A stretch of DNA of 64,000 bases from positions 170,295 to 234,294 of IMG/VR virus record IMGVR_UViG_3300003310_000099, one strand, 5' to 3'. The notes under the pieces were generated by a model. That model was not told the origin of the DNA. It did no database searches and saw nothing but the letters and a program-made list of their open reading frames with translations. The position numbers were made by a program, and so were the translations under genes. The stretch comes from a virus (taxonomy: Duplodnaviria; Heunggongvirae; Uroviricota; Caudoviricetes). Positions 40,819 through 49,707 of the stretch are shown piece after piece (positions within the stretch are counted from its first letter, which is position 1; each line of letters begins with the position of its first letter).

Positions 40819-42306
40819 ATGGCAACTTTTAAGGCATTGATAATTTCTGGTGGCGTTACAAAGCAAATACCAGATGCAGATACACTTAATGTAGCAGCTG
40901 GTATCATTTCCGCAGCAGCAACAACAAATCTAACAATTACTGCCGCTACAGGCGTCGTTGCAGTCACTAGTGCAGCCACATTTGCCAGCACAATTACTGT
41001 AACAGGTCAAAGTAATACCAATGGTGGTATTGGCCGTTCTAGCTCTGGCACTCTAAACATTGGTAATGAACCTAATACAGTTGCAGTTAATTTTGCAACT
41101 GGCGTCAATACAACAGCAGTAAGCATTAGCCGTACTGGTCAATTAACAACTATTGCTGGTAATTTCCAGGTTAATGGCACAACCGCATTCGTAGGTACAG
41201 CCACATTCAATAGTGCAGCCGTTGTTGGCAATGGTGTCGGTGGCCCAGATACATTGGCATTTGACGCCACAACTGGACGCTTAGGCTCTATTGCCCTGCC
41301 AGACGTAAAATGGTTAAAAGAAGTAAATCACCAATTCTATGTTGATGACACAACTACAGCAGCCACTCCTGGTGGTAATTTAACGATTGCCGCTGGTTTA
41401 GGTACTGCTGCTGGTGGTAATTTAGCCCTAAATGCAGGTGCTGGCACTACTAATGGTGGTGTAAACATCGGTCTAATTAACACTATTGGTGTTAATATCG
41501 GTGCAGTTGGCGTTACAACAACCGTAACAGGCAACCTAACTCAACTAACAGGTGCATTTAGCTTAACAGGCAATGCAGCTTCCCAAGCAGTCACAACTGT
41601 TGGTGCATTAACATTAAGTGGTATTGGTGTAAATTTACAAGGTGGAGGCACCAATGCTCTTGTTATTAACAGCACAGGCACAGCATTAACAGTTCAAGCA
41701 GGTGCTATATTAGGCACAACTGGCACTGGTAATATAAACCTGCCAAATAACGCTTCTGCAAGATTCCAGGTCGAAGGTGTTGCTGTATCTGCTAATGTCA
41801 CAACAGCTAATCTTAATACATTAACAGCAGGACCAGCATCCGACGCAAGTGCATTACACACTCACTCAGGATTGGCAGGAACTGTTACAATCCCAGCAAA
41901 TGCTAATCAAACAGTGGCCGAACCTGCTGGTATTACAGCGGGTATGGCTGTTGCGGCATTAGTTGGCACAGGTGTAAGAACATGGGTAAGAGCCGATGCT
42001 TCTAATAGTGCTGTTGTATCTTGTAATTTTATTGGCGTTGCTAATACAACTGTCGCTCAGGACGGACAGATGGCGGTTATTGTCTCTGGGCAGGCAGTTA
42101 TTCCAGACGCATTCTGGGATGGCGGTGTTCCAGCACAAGCTTCCATCGGTAATAGAGTATACTTGTCTGCTACAACTCCTGGTAATTTCACACTAACTGC
42201 ACCATCTACTTCTGGACAATGGGCACAAAGAGTTGGCATTTTAACCAGAGGTGGTACTGGCGTAGCATCTATTAGTGTTGATCCAGGTGAAGGTGTTGCA
42301 ATATAA
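40819..42306 (+). CDS. Virion fibre/structural protein
   Basis: Thr/Ala/Gly/Asn-rich beta-repeat composition; C-terminal domain (VYLS..TPG..T.TAPS.SG...QRVG) related to 8048 and 43319. Confidence 0.7.
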   Translation: MATFKALIISGGVTKQIPDADTLNVAAGIISAAATTNLTITAATGVVAVTSAATFASTITVTGQSNTNGGIGRSSSGTLNIGNEPNTVAVNFATGVNTTAVSISRTGQLTTIAGNFQVNGTTAFVGTATFNSAAVVGNGVGGPDTLAFDATTGRLGSIALPDVKWLKEVNHQFYVDDTTTAATPGGNLTIAAGLGTAAGGNLALNAGAGTTNGGVNIGLINTIGVNIGAVGVTTTVTGNLTQLTGAFSLTGNAASQAVTTVGALTLSGIGVNLQGGGTNALVINSTGTALTVQAGAILGTTGTGNINLPNNASARFQVEGVAVSANVTTANLNTLTAGPASDASALHTHSGLAGTVTIPANANQTVAEPAGITAGMAVAALVGTGVRTWVRADASNSAVVSCNFIGVANTTVAQDGQMAVIVSGQAVIPDAFWDGGVPAQASIGNRVYLSATTPGNFTLTAPSTSGQWAQRVGILTRGGTGVASISVDPGEGVAI

Positions 42307-42307
42307 A

Positions 42308-42330
42308 ATAGATTACTATTTTATATCATG
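42308..42330 (+). repeat. 23-bp inverted repeat, left copy
   Basis: ATAGATTACTATTTTATATCATG; exact reverse complement at 44416-44438. Confidence 0.8.
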
Positions 42331-43302
42331 GACAATATGCTAATCCTATTGGATGAAATAAAAGAAAGCCTAATCAACAATTACACCAAATTTCCTAAAA
42401 CTATAAATAGGGAAATAAAAAAGATAGTTAACGGCTATGAACTAAGTTCAAGGCAATTAGAAGAACTTAATATTAGGCTCAGACCCTTGTTAGATAAAAT
42501 CAAGCAACAATACACTGATAACAAGGCAAATATTGTCAGTGAAATTGAATTGATTGTTAGTGAACATTTAGAGCGTAGCAAGGAGAAAACTGTTGATTTT
42601 GCTACATCTGTTGACTTTGATTTCAAGGGTTTTTGGCGTGGCAACTGGCATATTGAGCATGAAAACGCATTTGGTTGGGATAATGTGTTGGTAGTTAATG
42701 ACCCAACGCATGGCAGAGTTTTGCAGATATTGCATAAAAGTGCTACATCTTGTGCTAAAATAACACCAATCAATCCAGGTGGCTTACAGTTTTTTAACGT
42801 TTTCAAACAGAAATACGATCATTTGATATTGGAATATGGTGTAAAGTTCCAAGAAGGATTCAGATTTTGTCGTGGAGGAAGGCTCCCAGGGCTTTATGCT
42901 GGCGATATTACCAGTGAAGATCAAGTTCCTAATGGAACTAATGGCTTTTTAAGTAGGATAGGATGGACTAGCAATGGGTTTGGTGAATTAATTTTGAATT
43001 TACCTCCTGTTAATGGACAGAATAGTTGGCATTATACAGGTGGTGGCTGGAGATTTACTCCTGGTAAATGGCACACAATTCAACAAGAAATATACCTTAA
43101 CAAGGACAGTAAAGACGGTTATGCAAAGATAACATTTGATGACAAAAAGGTTATATTTATGCCTGATTTGTGTTTCAGGAACTCCGTTGATGTAAAGATC
43201 AAGGGTATTGCGTTTACTAATTATTATGGTGAAAATGATCCTTTGGCTACTTGTCCTGCTGACACTTGGATGGAATTTAGTTCTTTTAAAATCCTCACAT
43301 AA
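42328..43302 (+). CDS. Polysaccharide lyase family 14-like protein with N-terminal coiled coil
   Basis: GGLQF, LEYGVKF..GF.F.RGGRLPGLYAG, GTNGF.SRI.W, F.PGKWH.I.Q...LN...DG, I.GI.F..YYG. Confidence 0.75.
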   Translation: MDNMLILLDEIKESLINNYTKFPKTINREIKKIVNGYELSSRQLEELNIRLRPLLDKIKQQYTDNKANIVSEIELIVSEHLERSKEKTVDFATSVDFDFKGFWRGNWHIEHENAFGWDNVLVVNDPTHGRVLQILHKSATSCAKITPINPGGLQFFNVFKQKYDHLILEYGVKFQEGFRFCRGGRLPGLYAGDITSEDQVPNGTNGFLSRIGWTSNGFGELILNLPPVNGQNSWHYTGGGWRFTPGKWHTIQQEIYLNKDSKDGYAKITFDDKKVIFMPDLCFRNSVDVKIKGIAFTNYYGENDPLATCPADTWMEFSSFKILT

Positions 43303-43318
43303 TCTCTAAATATTCAAT

Positions 43319-44128
43319 ATGACAGCACAAGCAGTAACTGGAGTTGGTTCTGGGTCTTCGGAAGGACCACTAAGAGGATTTGACCTTGATAATATCCGTA
43401 GGGTTTATATCGACCAAAATGGCGAATTGCTACCATGTGTTTTCCTAATAGATGAGACAGGTCCACACACAGGCAAATGGGTTCTTCGTGCCGTTGGCGA
43501 TGGTCAGATTAAAATAGATGCAAGCGATGAAATCTCAGGCTACTTTTCAGATAAAATTATTCCTGGCACTGGTGTAGTCTTTGTAACCTCTCCTGGTCCA
43601 AATAAAACCATCACAATCAACACAACAATAGACGATCACAAGGTTCTTGTTGATGGTGCGGACGTTATTGCAGGCTTCCTTGACACTAAAATACTGGCTG
43701 GAACGAACATTACGTTCAGCACTTCTGCGGGTCCAAATAAAGCCATTACAATTAATAGCTTTGGACAACCAGTTCTTACAAGTGCTACTGTTTACAACTG
43801 TCCAGCTTCCGTTGCTGTAAACGATGCGGTTTATGCCACTATTGTCGATGATACTGTTGACCAAGCAAATGCCACATCTTTTGCAACTGCGCCTATAATA
43901 GGATTTGTTATTAGTAAGCCAACCGCTGTTACTTGCATGGTAGCTTATGCTGGTGAAATAACTGGATTTGTAGGATTATTGGCTGGAGAACAGTATTATC
44001 TTGACATTGTTAATGGTGCTATTACCACGGTTGTACCGAGTAGTCCAGGTAATATTGTGCAAAGAATAGGTACTGCCAGGAATTCGACTACTTTGGTAGC
44101 ATCCCTTGACGATTACACCGAACTCTAA
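43319..44128 (+). CDS. Virion structural protein
   Basis: Two internal repeats (D...GY/F...KI..GT......S.GPNK.ITIN); C-terminal domain paralogous to 8048. Confidence 0.7.
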   Translation: MTAQAVTGVGSGSSEGPLRGFDLDNIRRVYIDQNGELLPCVFLIDETGPHTGKWVLRAVGDGQIKIDASDEISGYFSDKIIPGTGVVFVTSPGPNKTITINTTIDDHKVLVDGADVIAGFLDTKILAGTNITFSTSAGPNKAITINSFGQPVLTSATVYNCPASVAVNDAVYATIVDDTVDQANATSFATAPIIGFVISKPTAVTCMVAYAGEITGFVGLLAGEQYYLDIVNGAITTVVPSSPGNIVQRIGTARNSTTLVASLDDYTEL

Positions 44129-44418
44129 GCAATCTTGGTCAAAGTGTGACCAATTAGGTCTAAATTCCATTGCCCTTCATTCGGATTGTCTATATTCACG
44201 CCTTTACTGCGTGCAATTGCTTTAGCTTCTTCAACATACTCATTGGTTAGTTTATCAATATTACTACTGAGGTTCCTCAAATTGTCTTCCTGGGTCTTCA
44301 AATTGATATAGGCATCAGCTAATGCTATCTTCGTGGCGTTGATTTTTTCTTGCATAGCTAGAATTTTTGCCAAATCATCCTGGCTTAAAGCAAACTTACT
44401 TTTAGTTTTTTTACTCAT
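44125..44418 (-). CDS. Small coiled-coil protein (tail-assembly-chaperone-like composition)
   Basis: 97-aa ORF convergent on 43319; its start lies in the right inverted-repeat copy. Confidence 0.6.
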   Translation of the reverse strand: MSKKTKSKFALSQDDLAKILAMQEKINATKIALADAYINLKTQEDNLRNLSSNIDKLTNEYVEEAKAIARSKGVNIDNPNEGQWNLDLIGHTLTKIA

Positions 44419-44438
44419 GATATAAAATAGTAATCTAT
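44416..44438 (-). repeat. 23-bp inverted repeat, right copy
   Basis: CATGATATAAAATAGTAATCTAT is the reverse complement of 42308-42330. Confidence 0.8.
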
Positions 44439-44626
44439 ATAATTAAAAGGAGTAAAAAATGTGCTGTGGAAGAAAAACACCAAGAAAAGCTGGTAAACGA
44501 AGTCAGTTAATAAAAAAACCACAACAGAGCGAGAACAGCCCTGTTGTGGTTCCAGAAGTGCCTGAACAACCAAGGCAAGAACCTGAATATAATAAACCAG
44601 AAGAACAAAAGCAAGGGGAAATCTAA

Positions 44627-46768
44627 ATGCATTGGTTCAATTTCTCATTCCGTGATTGGGTGCTGGCTGAAGGTGTAAACACTAATCTTCTGACTGCGCA
44701 ATATAAGAAAAGATTCCCACAAGCCACAGAAGAAGAAATTGCCGAGAAAATCCAGTTAGCCGTAGCTGCCGATCCGACTCCTAATAAACAATATGTTACT
44801 TGGATTTTCAGGGAATTGCTCAACAACAGAATGCGTCTCCCCGAAGATTCCCCTGTTACCCTACAACAATTAGCAATATTTGATAAAAGCAAACCCGCTC
44901 TCAAAAGATTAGGTAAAGAAGTCGATATAACCAAATATGATCGTCCAACCCTCTGGAAGACCTTGAGTGAACTAGGAGGTGTAACTAGCAAGCGTGCCGA
45001 AGCTGCTAAAGTTAAACAAGAAGGTGCGGAAAAGATATATGAAGATGATGAATGGTTAGTAATTAAAATGACCAAACCAGAAGCTTGTACTTATTATGCA
45101 AGAGGGACCAAATGGTGTACTTCCAATGCAGAAGTTGCTTCAGGGTATTTGGATGAAGGTCCATTATTCATGATTTATCGCAATGGGCAAGTATATGCAC
45201 AGGCTCATGTCGAGAGTGGGCAGCTAATGGACCCAGAAGACGTGCCAATTCCTCCAGGTAAAGTGCCAGAAAAATTAAGAGACATTATTAAACAGCATGT
45301 TCCTGTTGACGATGAATATAAAGGGAAAAGGAATGAATTATTCGGCATTAAGGAAAAAGTAATTGAATATCCAGATGGATTTTATTGGGGAACATCAAAC
45401 CATAAAGACTTCTTATTAATCGCCCCAAGTGGTGAGGAAGAAGTATTTTTAAGAAACGTAGATGGTACTGTGTGGGTTGATCGACCAAAGGACAAAACGC
45501 TTGAAGGTATCATGGATCGTAAGGGCGATTGGAAAAAGAACCTGGAAGAATATAAGCATTCTTCTAATTGGAATAAGTATATTGTTGACTTTATTCTTAA
45601 AAATAAGTCTATAACACACATTAATCCTCTGCAAACTACCTGGAATTTAGGTGATCTATCTGAGGAAGATAGGAATACGTTGTTCACTGCTAGACAAGAT
45701 TTAATGCCACCAATTGAGATGAAAACAGATGGTTATTTGTGGACGGCTCTTGGGCTTGGTAGCTACGTTCTATTAGATAAATGGTATCCAACTCTATCTA
45801 TGCAGATGGACAACGACGGAAACTTATCTTATGGAAATTGGTTAAATAAATCTCAATCTAAGATACTCAATGATGAGAAATTTGATAAATCTAAATACAG
45901 TCTTGCTACGGCTCAATTCTTGATAAGAAACAATATAGAACATTATCCTAGAGATAACCGCACTAGACACTATAACTCCTGGGAGTTCAAGGACTTGCTG
46001 CCAGAGCATCAAGCAATGGTTTTGCAGAAATTCCCACATTTTAATGATGACTTAGTTTATCATCAAAAGCAGTCAACGGATCAAAAAGAATTATTAAAGA
46101 GATTAGGTTCATCGAGTGGTTTGTATGACATGCAGTCACTGGATGAGAAAACAGTGATACTAAGACCATACGATACTTTAAGTGCGGAGAAAATAGGTGA
46201 TACCAGGCACACGCATGACCTATTCGGCAGCAATTACGAAGAAAAGGACAGGATTAAAAAGCTGCTTTACAACAAGATAAATGGGTATGGAGATGGTAGT
46301 ATAGGTTGGGAATTTGAGCAAGATTTCAAAAATGGTAATTTGGACAAAATTAAAGAAAACCTTCCATTCTTGGACACGGAACTATTGAAAGGTGCAGACC
46401 CGAAAAGCTATACGGTTGCCAATTCATTGGCTAACGCTGTAGGTAAACACGTTATGCGTGAATTTATGAAAATATTGTATAATGATTTGAAACCTTTTGA
46501 AAATGATAAATTTAAGATCGTGTTAAAGGATGATAACATTTACTTTGTGACAGATTATGATAATGTTATCAATTATTACAAACAAGAAAAGAACTTGAAG
46601 TCATTGGAGGAAGAATATAAGAAGTGGCATAAGAGTATAAAGATTCCATTTGAGACGCTTGAGCAACAAATAGTGGCGATACCTAGAGAGGTGGATAAGG
46701 AAGATTTCGTTAAAAATCTAAACAGCGATAAATATTATCAAAAGAATAAATACAGTTTTTCAAACTAA
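44627..46768 (+). CDS. Large hypothetical phage protein, possible head-associated protein
   Basis: N-terminal FRDWVLAEG; DPT.NKQY..W and A..Y..GTKWCT motifs as in large-phage proteins. Confidence 0.7.
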   Translation: MHWFNFSFRDWVLAEGVNTNLLTAQYKKRFPQATEEEIAEKIQLAVAADPTPNKQYVTWIFRELLNNRMRLPEDSPVTLQQLAIFDKSKPALKRLGKEVDITKYDRPTLWKTLSELGGVTSKRAEAAKVKQEGAEKIYEDDEWLVIKMTKPEACTYYARGTKWCTSNAEVASGYLDEGPLFMIYRNGQVYAQAHVESGQLMDPEDVPIPPGKVPEKLRDIIKQHVPVDDEYKGKRNELFGIKEKVIEYPDGFYWGTSNHKDFLLIAPSGEEEVFLRNVDGTVWVDRPKDKTLEGIMDRKGDWKKNLEEYKHSSNWNKYIVDFILKNKSITHINPLQTTWNLGDLSEEDRNTLFTARQDLMPPIEMKTDGYLWTALGLGSYVLLDKWYPTLSMQMDNDGNLSYGNWLNKSQSKILNDEKFDKSKYSLATAQFLIRNNIEHYPRDNRTRHYNSWEFKDLLPEHQAMVLQKFPHFNDDLVYHQKQSTDQKELLKRLGSSSGLYDMQSLDEKTVILRPYDTLSAEKIGDTRHTHDLFGSNYEEKDRIKKLLYNKINGYGDGSIGWEFEQDFKNGNLDKIKENLPFLDTELLKGADPKSYTVANSLANAVGKHVMREFMKILYNDLKPFENDKFKIVLKDDNIYFVTDYDNVINYYKQEKNLKSLEEEYKKWHKSIKIPFETLEQQIVAIPREVDKEDFVKNLNSDKYYQKNKYSFSN

Positions 46769-46770
46769 AT

Positions 46771-47637
46771 ATGGATGTGTTAAATTTTAGTAAATGGTTT
46801 CTGAATGAAATGCCCATACAGGTCAAGACTTTGGGCAATTGGGAGGATAAAGACAAGCGATATCGCTGGGACAAGCCTAGTATTGGTATTTTAACCAATC
46901 CAGTTGGTGTTCAGAAAATTGTTCAAAAATGGAGCAGACTTCCTCAACAGTTTAATGCGTGGATGTTAAAGGGTCCAGGTGCTTCAAAATATATTGAAAT
47001 GGGTCAAGTAGATGAGTCATTTCTAACAAACAATCTAAAATTAAAAATAGTACCAAATCCTACTAAACCTGATGAAATTAATATCGACCCTAACGCTATA
47101 AACGTCATTTATACGCAGAATATAGGCAATGAGAAAATGCCAATGAATTATTGGACTATAGCTCACAGGTTCGGTCATACGGTCAGAAGACAAAATCAAA
47201 CTTGGGATTATTTTACCAGAGAATTAGAAAAAGATATTTTAACATTAATGCAAAATGTTTTCGGTAGAAAACCAACGAAAGAAGGTATGTACGGGCAATT
47301 CTATAATTCTAAAGGCAGGCAATTTCTTAAACAGTTTGCTAACGCATTAGGTACTATGGGTTCAGCAAGAAAAGGTCAATTAAGGGATTTTGGTGAATTT
47401 CCATATGAATTATTGGCACAGTATATGCTAACTGGTAAAATTACTTTCAATAAATTACCATTTAAGATCGTGGACAGGTATGCTTGGGGTAATCCACAGC
47501 ACATTCGTCCTCAGTGGGCATTAAAACAAGATGATTTTGAACAATGGAACGAATTCATCGTACACATGGAAGAAAAGTATCAGCAATTGTTGGAAGAAAT
47601 ACTAGAATCTTCTGTAGGCAAAATATTTATTATGTAA
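46771..47637 (+). CDS. Hypothetical protein with zincin-like HxxGH motif, possible internal head protein
   Basis: N-terminal FSKWFLNE; WTIAHRFGH...EFPYELLAQY; CTAAATA immediately upstream. Confidence 0.6.
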   Translation: MDVLNFSKWFLNEMPIQVKTLGNWEDKDKRYRWDKPSIGILTNPVGVQKIVQKWSRLPQQFNAWMLKGPGASKYIEMGQVDESFLTNNLKLKIVPNPTKPDEINIDPNAINVIYTQNIGNEKMPMNYWTIAHRFGHTVRRQNQTWDYFTRELEKDILTLMQNVFGRKPTKEGMYGQFYNSKGRQFLKQFANALGTMGSARKGQLRDFGEFPYELLAQYMLTGKITFNKLPFKIVDRYAWGNPQHIRPQWALKQDDFEQWNEFIVHMEEKYQQLLEEILESSVGKIFIM

Positions 47638-47697
47638 TCAATCTACCATACGCTGTACATTTCTTTTTTGATCTGAATATATACGGTGGAGGAAATC

Positions 47698-47931
47698 ATG
47701 CAAAAACTAGTTACCAGAGTTGCTTTGTGTAGGCTCGGCGTCAGACTCTTTGAAAATGAGGTAAATGCTTATCTAGCAGATGGTTGGGACTTAGAAGAAT
47801 ATGATGTTGAGCCACATTTTTTACGAATTGTTTGCTCTGCACTCCTTGAAAAAGAAGATTGTTCTTGTGATTGCTGCAAGGATATCTGCAAATGCTGCTG
47901 TACTTGTTGCAAGACGCACAGTGAAGAGTAA
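47698..47931 (+). CDS. Small protein with Cys-rich tail
   Basis: GGAGG RBS; C-terminal CSCDCCKDICKCCCTCCK. Confidence 0.65.
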   Translation: MQKLVTRVALCRLGVRLFENEVNAYLADGWDLEEYDVEPHFLRIVCSALLEKEDCSCDCCKDICKCCCTCCKTHSEE

Positions 47932-47937
47932 TTCAGC

Positions 47938-47965
47938 TTTACAAATCTACGGTTTGTGCTATAGT
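47938..47965 (+). promoter_or_regulatory. Sigma70-type promoter, leaderless
   Basis: TTTACA-N16-TATAGT with TGTGC; ATG at 47973. Confidence 0.65.
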
Positions 47966-48152
47966 AAATAGGATGAAACCTAATCCTTGGTATTTTGCTG
48001 GCATTGTTGTTGGTGTAGTGAACCTGCTGGTCGCTTGTATAGGTGCTGCCATGTATGGCATCTATTACAATGCTATGTGGGTGCATAGTCTTATTCTAGC
48101 AATTGCGGCGGTATGGGTATGGGCACTTCGGCCCTATAAAAAATAACTGAGG

Positions 48153-48171
48153 ATAGCTTAGCTGTACCGAG
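48153..48171 (+). repeat. Dispersed 19-nt motif, copy 5
   Basis: ATAGCTTAGCTGTACCGAG. Confidence 0.9.
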
Positions 48172-48357
48172 GAAATTGAAAATGGCGAAATCGAATGGTC
48201 CAAGTGACGCAAGTTTTGCAGTAGCAATGTTAATGTTTGGAGTAATCGGGGCTTTAATTGGATTCGGCACTCAGGGTACTTTACAAGGTGCCTGCTTGGG
48301 TGCAGGGGTTGGGGCATTGGTGCCAGTTGTACTTTTAATTTTTAGTGGGATGCCTTG

Positions 48358-48376
48358 AAAGCTTAGCTGTACCGAG
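48358..48376 (+). repeat. Dispersed 19-nt motif, copy 6 (upstream of rIIB)
   Basis: AAAGCTTAGCTGTACCGAG, abutting the stop of 48176..48358. Confidence 0.9.
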
Positions 48377-48414
48377 TGATTTGTTCTGAAACCTACAAAC
48401 AAGGGAGAAGTTAA

Positions 48415-49356
48415 ATGATTCCTGGTGGCGTTATTGTCTCGGACTCTGGTGTTATCACAGTCTCGGTCAGTGGCAAGCTTTATTCGTTTGCCAGGGACCA
48501 CATGAATTACAATCTGGTCAAGGAAGCTCTGAAGGACAATAAGCTGGAGAATATTCCCAAGTTGGCGGATATTCCCAAGTCTATTCAAGAGTTCACTGGT
48601 TCCAATGTCACTGTTGTCAATGGCAACATTCTTTATAAGAATAAGCCGCTTGAGAACAGTTTGACACGGCGAATCCTTGCCCTTATGAATGAGGGTTTCC
48701 CATTCGCTCCGATGCTCAAGTTCCTTGAGAATTTGATGCAGAATCCGAGTTGCCATTCTGTACGGGAACTTTATAATTTCCTGGTACACCGCAACTTGCC
48801 GATTACTGAGGATGGGTGCTTCTTGGCTTATAAGTCTGTGCGCCCAGACTATATGGATTGGCATTCCAACAGTGTTCTCAATTCGGTTGGTGCAACCATT
48901 CCGCCGATTGAGCGCAATGAAGTTGATGATAATTGGCGTCTCGACTGTAGCTCAGGCTACCATGTCGGTGCTATGGAATATGTCGATAATTTCCACCGTC
49001 ATGATGGGCACATCATGATTGTGAAGGTTAATCCGAAGGACGTGGTTAGCGTTCCCGAAGGGGAATGTACCAAGTGCCGTGTGTGCTGGTATGAAGTTGT
49101 GGGCGAAATGCAGGAAGAGGAATTGGTGCGTCCCGTCTACGCTACTACTCCTACATCCTATCAGCCTTCCGTCCCTAACAGCATCACCCAACAAGATGAA
49201 GGCGGCTGGCCCAATGATATCGTTGCTGATGACGACGACGATGACGAAGATGAATGGGGCGACGACGATGACGATGGTGGTTGGCCCGAAGATGACGAAG
49301 ACGATGACGAAGAATATGAAGAAGATGACGATGAGTACGGTCCCGTCGAACCGTAG
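48415..49356 (+). CDS. rIIB: rIIB-like protein with acidic tail
   Basis: FLENLMQNPS..SV.ELY.FL, LPIT.DG.FLAYK.V, RN.VDDN...CSSG.HVG, VKVNP.DVVSVP, RVC.YEVV. Confidence 0.88.
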   Translation: MIPGGVIVSDSGVITVSVSGKLYSFARDHMNYNLVKEALKDNKLENIPKLADIPKSIQEFTGSNVTVVNGNILYKNKPLENSLTRRILALMNEGFPFAPMLKFLENLMQNPSCHSVRELYNFLVHRNLPITEDGCFLAYKSVRPDYMDWHSNSVLNSVGATIPPIERNEVDDNWRLDCSSGYHVGAMEYVDNFHRHDGHIMIVKVNPKDVVSVPEGECTKCRVCWYEVVGEMQEEELVRPVYATTPTSYQPSVPNSITQQDEGGWPNDIVADDDDDDEDEWGDDDDDGGWPEDDEDDDEEYEEDDDEYGPVEP

Positions 49357-49372
49357 TCAGTAAGTGTTAATT

Positions 49373-49416
49373 AACAAATAGGGACTAGGAGTTAAATTCT
49401 AGTCCCTATTTGTTTT
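49373..49416 (+). terminator. Rho-independent terminator after rIIB
   Basis: AACAAATAGGGACTAG/CTAGTCCCTATTTGTT stem followed by T tract. Confidence 0.8.
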
Positions 49417-49641
49417 GGAGCAAATCATGAAGCTTACAAAAGCGATGGTGATTCTTAGCTCTGCATGTGATAAAGTAATCATTGAAACCGATTTTCCATG
49501 TCCGTATGTTGTGGCTTTTGCACCAAAGCAGCAACCCCTCTCGATTATGTTTGATGCAACTTATGATACGGGTGTTCAGTATGTTCGTGACAATTTTGGA
49601 TTAGAGCCAGAAATCGTGAATACGCGACTGTACAATAAGTG

Positions 49642-49660
49642 ATACCTTAGCTGTACCTAG
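49642..49660 (+). repeat. Dispersed 19-nt motif, copy 7 (variant, upstream of rIIA)
   Basis: ATACCTTAGCTGTACCTAG; core CTTAGCTGTACC intact. Confidence 0.85.
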
Positions 49661-49707
49661 TAATTTGTTGACGAGTGAGAACAACTGTTTAACTGGAGTA
49701 AATAAAC

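Noticed and set aside
49228-49335. GAC/GAT/GAA-rich low-complexity repeat
   Set aside because: It simply encodes the acidic tail of rIIB and is not an independent DNA repeat.
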